Assembly (NCBI GenBank): GCA_043746355.1
Contig: JAYTRC010000055.1
Span: 34,879-98,878, forward strand
DNA: 64,000 bases
Source: Lacisediminihabitans sp.
Lineage (GTDB): Bacteria > Actinomycetota > Actinomycetes > Actinomycetales > Microbacteriaceae
Reading direction: 5' to 3'
Shown: one piece after another, positions 40,523 to 50,718 of the stretch
Layout: the number at the start of each line of letters is the position of its first letter
Position numbering within the stretch: the first letter of the stretch is position 1
The notes under the pieces: generated by a model
What the model saw: only the letters and a program-made list of their open reading frames with translations
What the model was told of the DNA's origin: nothing
Databases searched by the model: none
Made by a program: the position numbers and the translations under genes

Positions 40523-41355
40523 TCTTCGGTCAGCTCGAGATCAGCGGCTCTCGCCGAATCCGTGATCGATTCTGGCCTGGTCGAGCCCGGGATCGGAATG
40601 ACACAGTGCCCGAGTGACAGTTCCCAGGCGAGCGCGACCTGCTGGGGGCTCACCGGCCTTTCCGTCGAAGCAGTCTGCTCGGCTGCCACCTCTTCGAATG
40701 CCGAGCCCTCGAACCGCTGCCGGCCGATGCCTCCGAGCGGGCTCCACGGCAGAAAGGCGATCTCGTGCTCGACGCAGTACTCGAGCTCGTCGAGGCTCGA
40801 CCGATATGCGGGCGAGAACTGGTTCTGCACGCTCGCCAGGCGGCCACCGAGCACCCGATCCGCCAGCCTGATCTGTTCGATGTTCGCGTTGGAGATTCCG
40901 ACCATCAGGATGACGCCCTCATCGAGCAGCTCCAGCAGCGCGCCGATGGAATCCTCGTACGGCACCGTGGGGTCAGGGCGGTGAAACTGGTACAGCCCGA
41001 TCGCCTTGACCTCGAGCCTCGCCAGCGATTCCCGCGCAGCCTTCTTCAGGTACGCCGGATCCCCGCGCCGATCCCACGGCCCACCGTCGCGATGGATCAT
41101 GCCGCCCTTCGTGGCGACGAGCACCTTCTCGGGGCGGCCCCGCAGCGCCTCGGCGATGAGCTTCTCGTTATGGCCGGGGCCGTCGGCATCCGTCGTGTAT
41201 GCGTCGGCGGTGTCGATCAAGGTGACACCTGCGTCGAGTGCTGCGTGGATGGTGGCGATGCTGCGTTCGCGACCGGGTCGACCCTCGATCGACATCGGCA
41301 TGCCGCCGAGCCCGATCGCGCTGACCTCGATATCGCCGATCCTGCGGAATCTCAT
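40492..41355 (-). CDS. Aldo/keto reductase
   Basis: IGLGGM, IDTADAY, VATKGG, LYQFHRPD, SVQNQFSP, PIPGSTRPESI. Confidence 0.9.
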   Translation of the reverse strand: MRFRRIGDIEVSAIGLGGMPMSIEGRPGRERSIATIHAALDAGVTLIDTADAYTTDADGPGHNEKLIAEALRGRPEKVLVATKGGMIHRDGGPWDRRGDPAYLKKAARESLARLEVKAIGLYQFHRPDPTVPYEDSIGALLELLDEGVILMVGISNANIEQIRLADRVLGGRLASVQNQFSPAYRSSLDELEYCVEHEIAFLPWSPLGGIGRQRFEGSAFEEVAAEQTASTERPVSPQQVALAWELSLGHCVIPIPGSTRPESITDSARAADLELTEDQLERLSEPS

Positions 41356-41507
41356 GCCTCCAGTCTGCCCCTGTCGCCCGCTTCTCGCTTGTGAGCCGCG
41401 CAATCCCGCCCGCGGGCACCTCGCGAGGAAAGTGGGGAGAAACACAGTGCTGTCAGGCTGATGATGCCGCGCCGTCACACTCCCTGACCGCCGAATAGAA
41501 TGGCTGG

Positions 41508-43085
41508 ATGGCCGCCCGCGAACCCTTCTATATTGCGACGCCCATCTTCTACGTGAACGATGTGCCGCATATCGGGCACGCATATACCGAGGTTGCGGCC
41601 GACGTGCTGGCCCGTTGGCACCGCCAGGCGGGAGACGACACCTGGCTGCTGACCGGCACGGATGAGCACGGCCAGAAGATCCTGCGCACCGCTGTCGCCA
41701 ATGACTCGAGCCCGAAGGAGTGGGCAGACAAGCTCGTGGCGGACTCCTGGAAACCGCTGCTCGAACTGATCTCCATCTCGAATGACGACTTCATCCGCAC
41801 CACGGACCAGCGGCACGAGAAGGCCGTGCTCATCTTCCTGCAGAAGCTCTACGACGACGGCTATATCTACTCCGGCGAGTATGAGGGCTACTACTGCGTC
41901 GGCTGTGAGGAGTACAAGCAGCTCGACGACCTGATGGAGACGCCGGATGGCGACTTCTCCGGGCGCCTCGTCTGCAAGATCCACGGGCGGCCGGTCGAGG
42001 TTCTGAAGGAGAAGAACTACTTCTTCAGGATGAGCCAGTTCGAGCAGCCGCTGCTCGACCTGTACGAGTCCCAGCCCGACTTCATCCAGCCCGAGAGCGT
42101 GCGCAACGAGATCATCCAGTTTGTGAAGCAGGGTCTCGACGACCTCTCGATTTCACGCTCCAGTTTCGACTGGGGCATCCAGATTCCGTGGGACAACAGC
42201 CACGTTCTCTACGTCTGGTTCGACGCACTGCTCAACTACATCACCGCGATCGGCTACGGCGTCGACGACGAGAACTTCCAGCGTCGCTGGCCTGCCGTGC
42301 AGCTCGTCGGCAAAGACATCGCGCGTTTCCACGCCGTCATCTGGCCGGCCATGCTGCTGGCTGCGGGCCTACCGGTTTCGAAGCGGGTCTTCGGCCACGG
42401 CTGGTTGCTGGTCGGCGGCGAGAAGATGTCGAAGTCGAAGCTCACCGGCATCGCGCCAGAGCAGATCACCGAGACCTTCGGCGCAGATGCCTTCCGTTAC
42501 TACTTCATGCGCGCCATCAGTTTCGGCTCAGACGGTTCGTTCAGCTGGGAAGACCTGAGCGCCCGCTACCAGGCCGAACTCGCGAACGGATTCGGCAATC
42601 TCGCCTCACGCGTGATCGCGATGGTCGGCCGTTATCGCGACGGTGCTGTGCCCGCTTTCGGCCGGCTGACCGACGCCGACGAAGCCATCCAGGCGACAGA
42701 ACGGCGGGTGACGGATGTCGCGGACGCAGCCATCGAGCGGTTGGCGATTCACGAAGCCCTCGCCGCCGTCTGGACGCTCGTCGATGAGCTGAACGGCTAC
42801 ATTACGATTCAGGAGCCCTGGGCGCTCTCGAAAGATCCGGTCAAGGCCGAACGCCTCGACACCGTGCTGGCCACCGTCGTGCACGGTCTCGGCACCCTTG
42901 CTGTGCTGCTTTCACCGTTCATGCCGACGGCGACCGAGAAGCTCTGGGCGTCGCTCGGCGGTTCAGGCGAGCTGCAGGCCCAGGATGTGCGGGCCGCGTA
43001 CGAATGGACCGGCAACGGCCGGGTGACCGCCCTCGAATCCTCCCTGTTCCCGCGCATCGAACAGACCGACATCTCAGCCGTATGA
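41508..43085 (+). CDS. metG: Methionyl-tRNA synthetase (short form)
   Basis: PHIGHAY (HIGH motif), GTDEHGQK, KMSKS. Confidence 0.96.
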   Translation: MAAREPFYIATPIFYVNDVPHIGHAYTEVAADVLARWHRQAGDDTWLLTGTDEHGQKILRTAVANDSSPKEWADKLVADSWKPLLELISISNDDFIRTTDQRHEKAVLIFLQKLYDDGYIYSGEYEGYYCVGCEEYKQLDDLMETPDGDFSGRLVCKIHGRPVEVLKEKNYFFRMSQFEQPLLDLYESQPDFIQPESVRNEIIQFVKQGLDDLSISRSSFDWGIQIPWDNSHVLYVWFDALLNYITAIGYGVDDENFQRRWPAVQLVGKDIARFHAVIWPAMLLAAGLPVSKRVFGHGWLLVGGEKMSKSKLTGIAPEQITETFGADAFRYYFMRAISFGSDGSFSWEDLSARYQAELANGFGNLASRVIAMVGRYRDGAVPAFGRLTDADEAIQATERRVTDVADAAIERLAIHEALAAVWTLVDELNGYITIQEPWALSKDPVKAERLDTVLATVVHGLGTLAVLLSPFMPTATEKLWASLGGSGELQAQDVRAAYEWTGNGRVTALESSLFPRIEQTDISAV

Positions 43086-44005
43086 GTGACGCCGAGCCCG
43101 GCTACCCGCCCCTTCCGGTGCCTCTCGTCGTGCCTGTCTACGACAACCACACGCATCTCGATCATCTCGACGGTCGGGTCGGCTCGTGGCTCGACATCGA
43201 GCCCCTGAACTACCGCGAGCAGCTCGATCGGGCATCGAGCGTTGGCGTGCGTGGCGTCGTGCAGGTCGGCGTCGACGTGCAGACCTCCCGCTGGTCCGCT
43301 GAGATCGCGGCTGTCGAGCCGCGGGTGCTTGCGGCTGTCGCCATCCATCCGAATGAGGCTCCTGTGCTCGAGGCAGCAGGCACGCTGGATGCTGCGCTCG
43401 CCGCCATAGACGAACTCGCTTCGCGTCCGCGCGTGCGGGCCATCGGCGAGACCGGGCTCGACTTCTTCCGCACTGAGGAGGGCGGGCGAGCAGCCCAGTA
43501 CCGCTCGTTCGAGGCTCACATAGCCATGGCGAAGGCCCACGATCTCGCCCTGCAGATCCACGATCGCGATGCGCACATGGAGGTCGTCGCGACCCTGCGT
43601 CGCAACGGTGCGCCCGAGCGCACCGTCTTCCACTGTTTCTCTGGTGACGCCGACTTCGCGAGGATGTGCGCTGACAACGGCTGGTTCCTGTCCTTCGCCG
43701 GCACGGTCACGTTCAAGAACGCGCAGAACCTGCGGGATGCCCTGGCCGCGATCCCGAGGGATCGCATCCTGATCGAGACTGACGCACCGTACCTCGCCCC
43801 GATGCCGGTCCGCGGCCGACCCAATGCGCCGTACCTGATCCCGCACACGTTGCGCTTCATGGCCAACTTCCTTGAGACCGATGTCTCGATGCTCGCCGCG
43901 CAGATCTCGTCGAACTCCGAGCTCGTCTACGGCCGCTGGGATGCCGAGGCGGTGTCGTCGATCACCATCGACGAGCCGGCGATCGACCCGGCAGACATCG
44001 CGTGA
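43082..44005 (+). CDS. tatD: TatD-family nuclease
   Basis: DNHTHLD, AIHPNE, IGETGLDF, IHDRDAH, FHCFSGD, IETDAPYLAP. Confidence 0.93.
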   Translation: MSDAEPGYPPLPVPLVVPVYDNHTHLDHLDGRVGSWLDIEPLNYREQLDRASSVGVRGVVQVGVDVQTSRWSAEIAAVEPRVLAAVAIHPNEAPVLEAAGTLDAALAAIDELASRPRVRAIGETGLDFFRTEEGGRAAQYRSFEAHIAMAKAHDLALQIHDRDAHMEVVATLRRNGAPERTVFHCFSGDADFARMCADNGWFLSFAGTVTFKNAQNLRDALAAIPRDRILIETDAPYLAPMPVRGRPNAPYLIPHTLRFMANFLETDVSMLAAQISSNSELVYGRWDAEAVSSITIDEPAIDPADIA

Positions 44006-44850
44006 GCGCCCGCACCTCAGGAACCTTGCTCGGGCCTTCAGAGATCCGCGACCTGGCCGCACTCCTCGACATCCAGCCCACCAAGAAGCTCGGTCAGAAC
44101 TTCGTCATCGACGGCAACACGGTGCGCCGCATCGTCAAGGCGAGCGGTGTCGTGTCGGGGGAGAGCGTCGTCGAGGTAGGGCCGGGGCTCGGGTCGCTCA
44201 CTCTCGGACTGCTGGAGGCAGGGGCATCCGTCGTCGCCGTTGAGATCGATAATCGGCTCGCGGCGCAGCTGCCGATCACTGTCGAGCAGGTGCAGCCCGG
44301 TGCGAAGCTGACGGTGATCCTGCAGGATGCGATGACCATCACCGCCCTGCCCAATGCCCCAACCGCCCTGGTCGCGAACCTGCCATACAACATCTCTGTG
44401 CCAGTGCTACTGCACTTCCTCGAACACTTTCCGGGCATCGACAAGGCGCTCGTCATGGTGCAGGCGGAGGTCGGGCAGCGCATCGCGGCCGAACCCGGGT
44501 CCAAGATCTACGGCAGCCCGAGCCTGAAGGCGGCATGGTACGGGCGCTGGACGACTGCCGGGCAGGTCAGTCGGCAGGTCTTCTGGCCGGTGCCGAACGT
44601 CGACTCGATTCTCGTGCGATTCGCGCGCGCCGACCAGCCAGGCAGTGAGCCGGAGCGCATTGCGACGTTCGCCCTCATCGATGCGGCGTTTCAGCAGCGG
44701 CGCAAGATGCTGCGGCAGTCGCTCTCGGTCGTGCTCGGAAGCAGCGGGGCGGCATCCGCTCGCCTCGAAGAGGCTGGCATCGCTCCGACCGCCCGTGGCG
44801 AGGAGCTCACGGTGCTCGACTTCCTGAGGGTCACGCGCGCCGGCGTTTAG
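44002..44850 (+). CDS. rsmA: 16S rRNA adenine dimethyltransferase KsgA
   Basis: KKLGQNF, EVGPGLG, VANLPYNI, MVQAEV, FQQRRKML. Confidence 0.96.
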   Translation: MSARTSGTLLGPSEIRDLAALLDIQPTKKLGQNFVIDGNTVRRIVKASGVVSGESVVEVGPGLGSLTLGLLEAGASVVAVEIDNRLAAQLPITVEQVQPGAKLTVILQDAMTITALPNAPTALVANLPYNISVPVLLHFLEHFPGIDKALVMVQAEVGQRIAAEPGSKIYGSPSLKAAWYGRWTTAGQVSRQVFWPVPNVDSILVRFARADQPGSEPERIATFALIDAAFQQRRKMLRQSLSVVLGSSGAASARLEEAGIAPTARGEELTVLDFLRVTRAGV

Positions 44851-45025
44851 GGGTTGGTCTCCCTGGGCAGCTGGTACATCTTCGTGCTCACTGTCCCACC
44901 CGGAGCGCCTGAGTCGAACCAGGTGCGGGAGGGCAACGTCGTGAACTGAATCTGCGCCGTGAGCTGAGTCGGTCGGCGCAGCTTAGCTGGACGGACCGTT
45001 TGGACGGGTCGAGTAGGTTGGACAC

Positions 45026-45961
45026 ATGACCACCCCGGCCGCTCCCAAGGTGGTGCACGCGCGGGCACCCGGCAAGATCAATGTCTTCCTGAAGGTCGGC
45101 GCGCTGCTGGACGACGGCTACCACGACGTGGCCACTGCCTATCAGGCCGTATCGCTGTATGAAGACGTGCGCGCCTCAGCGGCCGATGATTTCTCGGTCG
45201 AGTTCAGTGGATCCGTCGACACCTCTGCGCTCGCTACCGACGGCTCGAATCTCGCCATCAAGGCCGCGACAATGCTTGCGCATCGTGCTGGCTACCGAAA
45301 AGGCGTGCGGCTCGAGATCGAGAAGAATGTACCCATCGCCGGCGGAATGGGCGGCGGGTCGGCGGATGCCGCGGCGACCCTTTTGGCCTGCGACGCGCTC
45401 TGGGGCACCAACCTCACCCGTGAGGAGCTGCTCGAGCTGGCCACGCAGCTCGGCTCCGATGTCCCCTTCGCGTTCACGGGAGGCACCGCCATCGGCACCG
45501 GCCGCGGTGACCAGCTCAGCCCCGCCCTTGCCAAGGGCACGTTCCAGTGGGTGCTCGCCCTGGCCGATTTCGGCATGAGCACCCCTGAGGTCTACAGCGA
45601 GCTCGACCGTCATCGCGATCGTCACTCGCAAGACATCTTTCCGGCCGCAGTGCAGCCCCAGGTCGATTCAGCGGTGCTGCAGGCGCTCCGGGCCGGCGAC
45701 CCGCACATGCTCGCCGAGGTACTGCACAACGACCTGCAGGCTCCTGCGCTGCACCTTGAGCCCGAACTGGGCGCTGTGATCGAATTGGGCGAAGAGAATG
45801 GTGCGCTTTCGGGGATGGTGTCTGGGTCTGGCCCGACCATCGCGTTTCTCGCCCCAGACCTCGATGGAGCACTCGAGCTGCAGATCGCGCTCAGTGCGGC
45901 ACGGCTCACCGTGGTGCGCGCAACCGGTCCGGTGCATGGCGCGCGCATACTCAGTGAGTGA
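45026..45961 (+). CDS. ispE: 4-diphosphocytidyl-2-C-methyl-D-erythritol kinase
   Basis: [39 protein letters not shown]. Confidence 0.96.
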   Translation: MTTPAAPKVVHARAPGKINVFLKVGALLDDGYHDVATAYQAVSLYEDVRASAADDFSVEFSGSVDTSALATDGSNLAIKAATMLAHRAGYRKGVRLEIEKNVPIAGGMGGGSADAAATLLACDALWGTNLTREELLELATQLGSDVPFAFTGGTAIGTGRGDQLSPALAKGTFQWVLALADFGMSTPEVYSELDRHRDRHSQDIFPAAVQPQVDSAVLQALRAGDPHMLAEVLHNDLQAPALHLEPELGAVIELGEENGALSGMVSGSGPTIAFLAPDLDGALELQIALSAARLTVVRATGPVHGARILSE

Positions 45962-46026
45962 TCCCATTGAGCTTTCAGCATTCGTTCATAGTGTGAGCCA
46001 GTGATGACCAGATGCGGCGATAGCCG

Positions 46027-47616
46027 GTGAACTTCCGTACCCAGGGCTGGCTGGCCGCCCTCACCGGTCTTATCTCGGCGGTAGTCGTTCTCGGTAGTGC
46101 CGAGGCCTGCGCTCTCTTCACGGGCAATGCAGGAAGCCCACTGTTCGCGGTCGGATCCCTCGTCATCGACCTCGCCCCGCCCGGTGCAAAAGACTTCATG
46201 ATCGCGCTCTTCGGCACCGGGGATAAGGCCGCATTGCTGACCCTCCTCGGCATCCTCATCGTCGCCGGTTCGTCCGTCGCCGGCTGGGTCGAGCTTCGAA
46301 AGGCGCCATGGGGCGTCGTGATTTTCGGTGTAGCCAGCCTCGTCGCTATCGTCGCTGTGCTCACGCGGGCTGACGCCAGTGGTCTGGATGGTGTGCCGAC
46401 AGTGATCGGGGCGGTTGCGGGCGTCATCGTGCTGAGGTCGGGCATCCGGCGGCTCAGGCTCTGGCGGGCTGCGGCCGAACGGAACGCACACGTCGCCGAC
46501 CAGGGTCGGGTGCCGAGTCGTTTCGTGCAGGGCACGCCGGTTGAGCGCCGCAGCTTTCTCACCATGTCGATCGTCGCAGGCGCACTCGCGCTCGTCGCCG
46601 GCACCGGTGCCCGAATCGTCAACGCGGGCGCGACCGCGGTCACCGAGGTGCGCAAGAAGATCACCCTGCCGGCGGCGGCGACCCCGGCTCCTGCGCTGGC
46701 AACCGGTACCTCGCTCGACGTGCCTGGCATCTCGGCGGTCGTCACCCCCAACTCGACGTTCTATCGCATCGACACCGCGCTGCAGGTCCCCTCCGTCGAC
46801 TCAGACACCTGGAAGCTCACGGTAACCGGCGAGGTCGAGAATGAAATTGAGATCGACTTCAAGGAGCTGCTGAAGAAGCCGCTCGTCGAGCACTACGCGA
46901 CGCTCACCTGCGTGTCGAACGACGTCGGCGGCGATCTGATCGGCAATGCCCTCTGGCTCGGCTGGCCGATTCGCGACCTGCTCGCTCTTGCTCAACCGAA
47001 AGCCGGCGCCGACATGGTGCTCTCGACGAGCATCGACGGTTTCACCGCCGGAACACCCCTCTCGGTGCTGCAGGACGTGAACACCGAGTCGCTTCTCGCG
47101 GTTGGGATGAACGGCACACCGCTCCCGCTGGAACACGGGTACCCGGTGCGCATGGTCGTCCCCGGGCTCTACGGCTACGTCTCCGCGACGAAGTGGGTCG
47201 TGTCGCTCGAGGTGACTCGATTCTCGAAAGCGCAGGGTTACTGGACTCCGCGCGGGTGGGATGCCCTCGGCCCGGCCAAGTTAGAGTCGCGCATCGACAC
47301 CCCGCGTGCGGGCTCGGCAATCCCTTCGGCAACAGCGACCGTGCCGATTGCCGGTGTCGCCTGGTGCCAGCACGTCGGTGTGAGCAGGGTCGAGGTGCAG
47401 ATCGATAAGGGTGAGTGGCAGACCGCGACCCTCGCCGACTCGATCTCGCCAGACACCTGGGTGCAGTGGGTCTACCAGTGGAAGCCGACCAAGGGCAGCC
47501 ACCAGCTACAGGTTCGCGCGACGGACGCGAAAGGCAATCGCCAGCGGCAGGCCTACGTGTCGCCAGCCCCGAACGGTGCAGAGGGCTGGCACCGAATCAA
47601 CGTGGTGGTCAACTAG
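46027..47616 (+). CDS. Polytopic membrane-anchored molybdopterin oxidoreductase (sulfite oxidase family)
   Basis: N-terminal TM bundle, internal RRSFL motif, FYRIDTAL, TLTCVSN Mo-Cys, MNGTPLPLEHGYPVR, SATKWV, Ig-like C-terminus. Confidence 0.9.
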   Translation: MNFRTQGWLAALTGLISAVVVLGSAEACALFTGNAGSPLFAVGSLVIDLAPPGAKDFMIALFGTGDKAALLTLLGILIVAGSSVAGWVELRKAPWGVVIFGVASLVAIVAVLTRADASGLDGVPTVIGAVAGVIVLRSGIRRLRLWRAAAERNAHVADQGRVPSRFVQGTPVERRSFLTMSIVAGALALVAGTGARIVNAGATAVTEVRKKITLPAAATPAPALATGTSLDVPGISAVVTPNSTFYRIDTALQVPSVDSDTWKLTVTGEVENEIEIDFKELLKKPLVEHYATLTCVSNDVGGDLIGNALWLGWPIRDLLALAQPKAGADMVLSTSIDGFTAGTPLSVLQDVNTESLLAVGMNGTPLPLEHGYPVRMVVPGLYGYVSATKWVVSLEVTRFSKAQGYWTPRGWDALGPAKLESRIDTPRAGSAIPSATATVPIAGVAWCQHVGVSRVEVQIDKGEWQTATLADSISPDTWVQWVYQWKPTKGSHQLQVRATDAKGNRQRQAYVSPAPNGAEGWHRINVVVN

Positions 47617-47647
47617 CTCGACCCGCGGGTTAGCTCGACCCGTGGGT
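47614..47647. repeat. 17-bp tandem direct repeat after the oxidoreductase stop
   Basis: tagctcgacccgcgggt followed by tagctcgacccgtgggt. Confidence 0.7.
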
Positions 47648-47690
47648 TGCCGCGACATCCTTGATCTGCCGCTGCTACCGTCCGGATCCC

Positions 47691-47749
47691 ATCTGGTGCG
47701 CAGTTGTGGTGACTTCACGGCTGCGCATGTCACCACAACTGCGCAGTAG
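47691..47749. repeat. REP-like palindrome copy 1 (17-bp arms, 15-nt spacer)
   Basis: atctgg-TGCGCAGTTGTGGTGAC-N15-GTCACCACAACTGCGCA-gtag; perfect arms at 47697-713 and 47729-745. Confidence 0.9.
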
Positions 47750-47804
47750 TTCGGCCTGTGAGCACATTTCCCGCTCCGCACGCCTGGTGGGGCATTCTGA
47801 ATCG

Positions 47805-48752
47805 ATGAAACCAGAGCCCACCAGACGCTCAGCACTGCCCGCGGGGCTAGACCCTCGCGGATTTTCGACTCAGGATGCTGCGGAGGCGGGCATGTCGCGG
47901 TCGCGCGGCCGGGCATCCGACCTCGAGGCGCCCTGGCGAGGCGTGCGCGCAGTGGTCTCATCGAGCTCCACAACGCTCGCGAAGTGCGCGGCATACAGCG
48001 CAAGGATGCCCCCGGGGCAGTTCTTCAGTCACGCCACCGCGGCAATTATTTATGGGATTCCGCTGCCGTACCGGGTCGAGCAGGATGCCCGGCTGCACGT
48101 TGCGACGATGTTTGGTGACCAGCCCCCTCGCGCCCGCGGCGTTGTCGGGCATCGATTGAGAGGGAGCCACCCCATCGCCAGGCGACAGAACCTGCCGGTG
48201 TGCACAGCGGAGCAGGCCTGGCTGCAACTCGCCACGCAACTGCCGGTGGACGACCTGATCGTCGCTGGTGACTTCCTGCTCAGGCGCAAACGGCCGATTT
48301 CGACACTGGAGGCCCTCGCGCTAGCGATCGAGTCGGGAGGGTCCCGCGCCGGGATCACGCGAGCGAGGGCCGCCATCCGAGACGTACGCGCGGGCACGGA
48401 CTCGCCGATGGAGTCGCGCCTGCGCATCCTTCTCATCCGCTCGGGTCTGCCTGAGCCGATCATCGGATTCACGGTGACGAATCGCGACGGCGACTTCGTG
48501 GGCACGCCCGATCTCGCCTACGTCAGGGAGCGGATCGCGATCGAGTACCAGGGGCAGATCCACCAGTCCAATCCGCAGGTCTTCGCGGAAGACGTCGAGC
48601 GGCGCGAGTTGTTCGAAGCTGCCGGCTGGCACGTCATCCTCGTGTTCAAGGATCACCTGAACAAACGCCCGCACTGGGTGGTGACGCGGGTGTCGGGGGC
48701 ACTGAGCGATCGCGCCAGCCTCCAGCCCATCGGGCAATCTGGTGCGCAGTAG
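47805..48752 (+). CDS. AbiEi-like/DUF559 (Vsr-like PD-(D/E)xK) protein
   Basis: FSHATAA..GIPLP, DSPMESRLR..GLPEP, PDLAY..IAIEYQG..H, AGWHVI; the stop codon lies inside palindrome copy 2. Confidence 0.8.
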   Translation: MKPEPTRRSALPAGLDPRGFSTQDAAEAGMSRSRGRASDLEAPWRGVRAVVSSSSTTLAKCAAYSARMPPGQFFSHATAAIIYGIPLPYRVEQDARLHVATMFGDQPPRARGVVGHRLRGSHPIARRQNLPVCTAEQAWLQLATQLPVDDLIVAGDFLLRRKRPISTLEALALAIESGGSRAGITRARAAIRDVRAGTDSPMESRLRILLIRSGLPEPIIGFTVTNRDGDFVGTPDLAYVRERIAIEYQGQIHQSNPQVFAEDVERRELFEAAGWHVILVFKDHLNKRPHWVVTRVSGALSDRASLQPIGQSGAQ

Positions 48753-48795
48753 TGGTGACCTGTATGCACGGCACGTCACCACGACTGCGCTGTAG
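48737..48795. repeat. REP-like palindrome copy 2
   Basis: atctgg-TGCGCAGTAGTGGTGAC-N15-GTCACCACGACTGCGCT-gtag; same orientation and flanks as copy 1. Confidence 0.9.
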
Positions 48796-48851
48796 ATGTC
48801 TGAGCAGGTCGACGGGCGGCCTTGAGGCCAGACGCCGGTAGGCTCGACCAA

Positions 48852-50666
48852 ATGGCACATCTGCTCGGGGGCGAATCCCTTCATCTCGAATACCCGACCC
48901 GCGTCATCTTCGACAAAGTGACGATCGGCATCGATGAGGGCGACCGCATCGGGGTCGTCGGCCGCAACGGCGACGGTAAGTCCACGTTGCTGCGCCTGCT
49001 CAGCGGTCGCATCGAGCCCGACTCGGGCCGCGTCACGCGACGCAATGGTGTGACGCTCGGGATGCTCGACCAGGCCGATCTTCTGCCAGAAGACCTGCTC
49101 GTCAGCGACGCGATAGTCGATGGCCGCGACGAGCACGAGTGGGCGGGCGATGCCCGCATCCGCGACGTCATCGACGGACTCCTGCTCGACGTTCCGTGGG
49201 ACGCCACGATCGGCGAACTCTCCGGTGGCCAGCGGCGCAGGGTCGCCCTCGCCAAACTGCTGGTCGGCGACTGGGATGTCATCTTCCTCGACGAGCCCAC
49301 CAACCACCTCGATGTCGAGGGAATCGCCTGGCTCGCCGGGCACCTCAAGAAGCGCTGGTCCGCGAACTCCGGCGGGCTGGTGGTCGTCACTCACGATCGC
49401 TGGTTTCTCGACGAGGTCTCCACGGATACCTGGGAGGTGCACGACCAGCTCATCGAGCCGTTCGAGGGCGGCTATGCCGCGTACATCCTGCAGCGGGTCG
49501 AGCGCGACACGATGGCAGCGACGATGGAGTCGAAGCGGCAGAATCTCGCCCGTAAAGAGCTGGCCTGGCTGCGTCGTGGTGCGCCAGCCAGAAGCACGAA
49601 GCCGAAGTTCAGGATGGATGCTGCATACGAGCTCATCGCGAACGAACCCCCACCACGCGACACCGTCGCCCTCAGCCAGCTCGCCACCGCCCGGCTCGGT
49701 AAAGATGTCGTCGACCTTCTGGATGTCGGGGTCTCCTACGGCGATCGCGAAATTCTCACAGACATCGAGTGGCGCATCGCGCCGGGCGAGCGCACCGGCA
49801 TTCTCGGGGTCAACGGTGCCGGCAAGTCGACCCTGCTGAGCCTGGTCGCCGGCACGCAGCTGCCGACCGTCGGGCGCGTCAAGCGGGGCAAGACCATCCG
49901 CGTGGCCATACTCAGCCAGCAGCTGGGTGAGCTCGCCGACATCCTCGACGACCGGGTCATGGATGTCATCGCTCGCCAGAAGAGCTCATACGTAAGCGGC
50001 GGCAAGGAACTCACCCCCGGGCAGCTGCTCGAGCGGATGGGATTCCTGAGCGCCCAGCTCAGCACTCCGGTCAAAGATCTCAGCGGCGGGCAGAAGCGCA
50101 GGCTTCAACTGTTGCTCATTCTGCTCGGCGAACCGAACGTGCTCATTCTCGATGAGCCGACGAACGATCTCGATACCGACATCCTCGCTGCGATTGAAGA
50201 CCTGCTCGATTCCTGGCCCGGCACCCTCATCGTGGTGAGCCACGACCGTTACCTGCTCGAGCGGGTCACAGACAACCAGTACGGCATTCTCGACAAGAAG
50301 ATGCGACACCTGCCCGGCGGGGTCGACCAGTATCTCGAACTGCGCAAGAAACAGGGCACCCGGGGCCAGACGGTTACGGAGTCGCACCGCGAGGAGAAGT
50401 CGTCGGTGTCGACGATCAACTCGAAGGGCCACACGAAGCTGACCGGCGCTGACCTGCGCAATTCCGAGAAAGAGCTCGGGTCGGTCAGCCGCAAGCTCGA
50501 GAAGGTCACGACGAATATCGCCTCGGTGCATGACAGGTTCGCCGCTCACGACCAGTCTGATTTCACCGGTCTCGCCGCGCTGCAGAAAGAACTCTCAACG
50601 CTCGAGACGTCGATGGAAGAACTCGAACTGCGCTGGCTCGAGCTGAGCGAGCTGCTCGGCGACTAG
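48852..50666 (+). CDS. ABC-F family ATPase (Uup-like)
   Basis: Two NBDs (GRNGDGKS, GVNGAGKS; LSGGQRRR, LSGGQKRR; DEPTNHLD, DEPTNDLD), no TMD, coiled-coil C-terminus ending RWLELSE. Confidence 0.92.
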   Translation: MAHLLGGESLHLEYPTRVIFDKVTIGIDEGDRIGVVGRNGDGKSTLLRLLSGRIEPDSGRVTRRNGVTLGMLDQADLLPEDLLVSDAIVDGRDEHEWAGDARIRDVIDGLLLDVPWDATIGELSGGQRRRVALAKLLVGDWDVIFLDEPTNHLDVEGIAWLAGHLKKRWSANSGGLVVVTHDRWFLDEVSTDTWEVHDQLIEPFEGGYAAYILQRVERDTMAATMESKRQNLARKELAWLRRGAPARSTKPKFRMDAAYELIANEPPPRDTVALSQLATARLGKDVVDLLDVGVSYGDREILTDIEWRIAPGERTGILGVNGAGKSTLLSLVAGTQLPTVGRVKRGKTIRVAILSQQLGELADILDDRVMDVIARQKSSYVSGGKELTPGQLLERMGFLSAQLSTPVKDLSGGQKRRLQLLLILLGEPNVLILDEPTNDLDTDILAAIEDLLDSWPGTLIVVSHDRYLLERVTDNQYGILDKKMRHLPGGVDQYLELRKKQGTRGQTVTESHREEKSSVSTINSKGHTKLTGADLRNSEKELGSVSRKLEKVTTNIASVHDRFAAHDQSDFTGLAALQKELSTLETSMEELELRWLELSELLGD

Positions 50667-50718
50667 TGAAGGTCGGGTCAGAGGTACAACGCTCCCGCTT
50701 TCGAGGTCGCCAATGCTG

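Noticed and set aside
37970-41508. SAM riboswitch or T-box upstream of metY or metG
   Set aside because: Both genes have a -10 hexamer 6 nt before the ATG (leaderless pattern), leaving no room for a leader.
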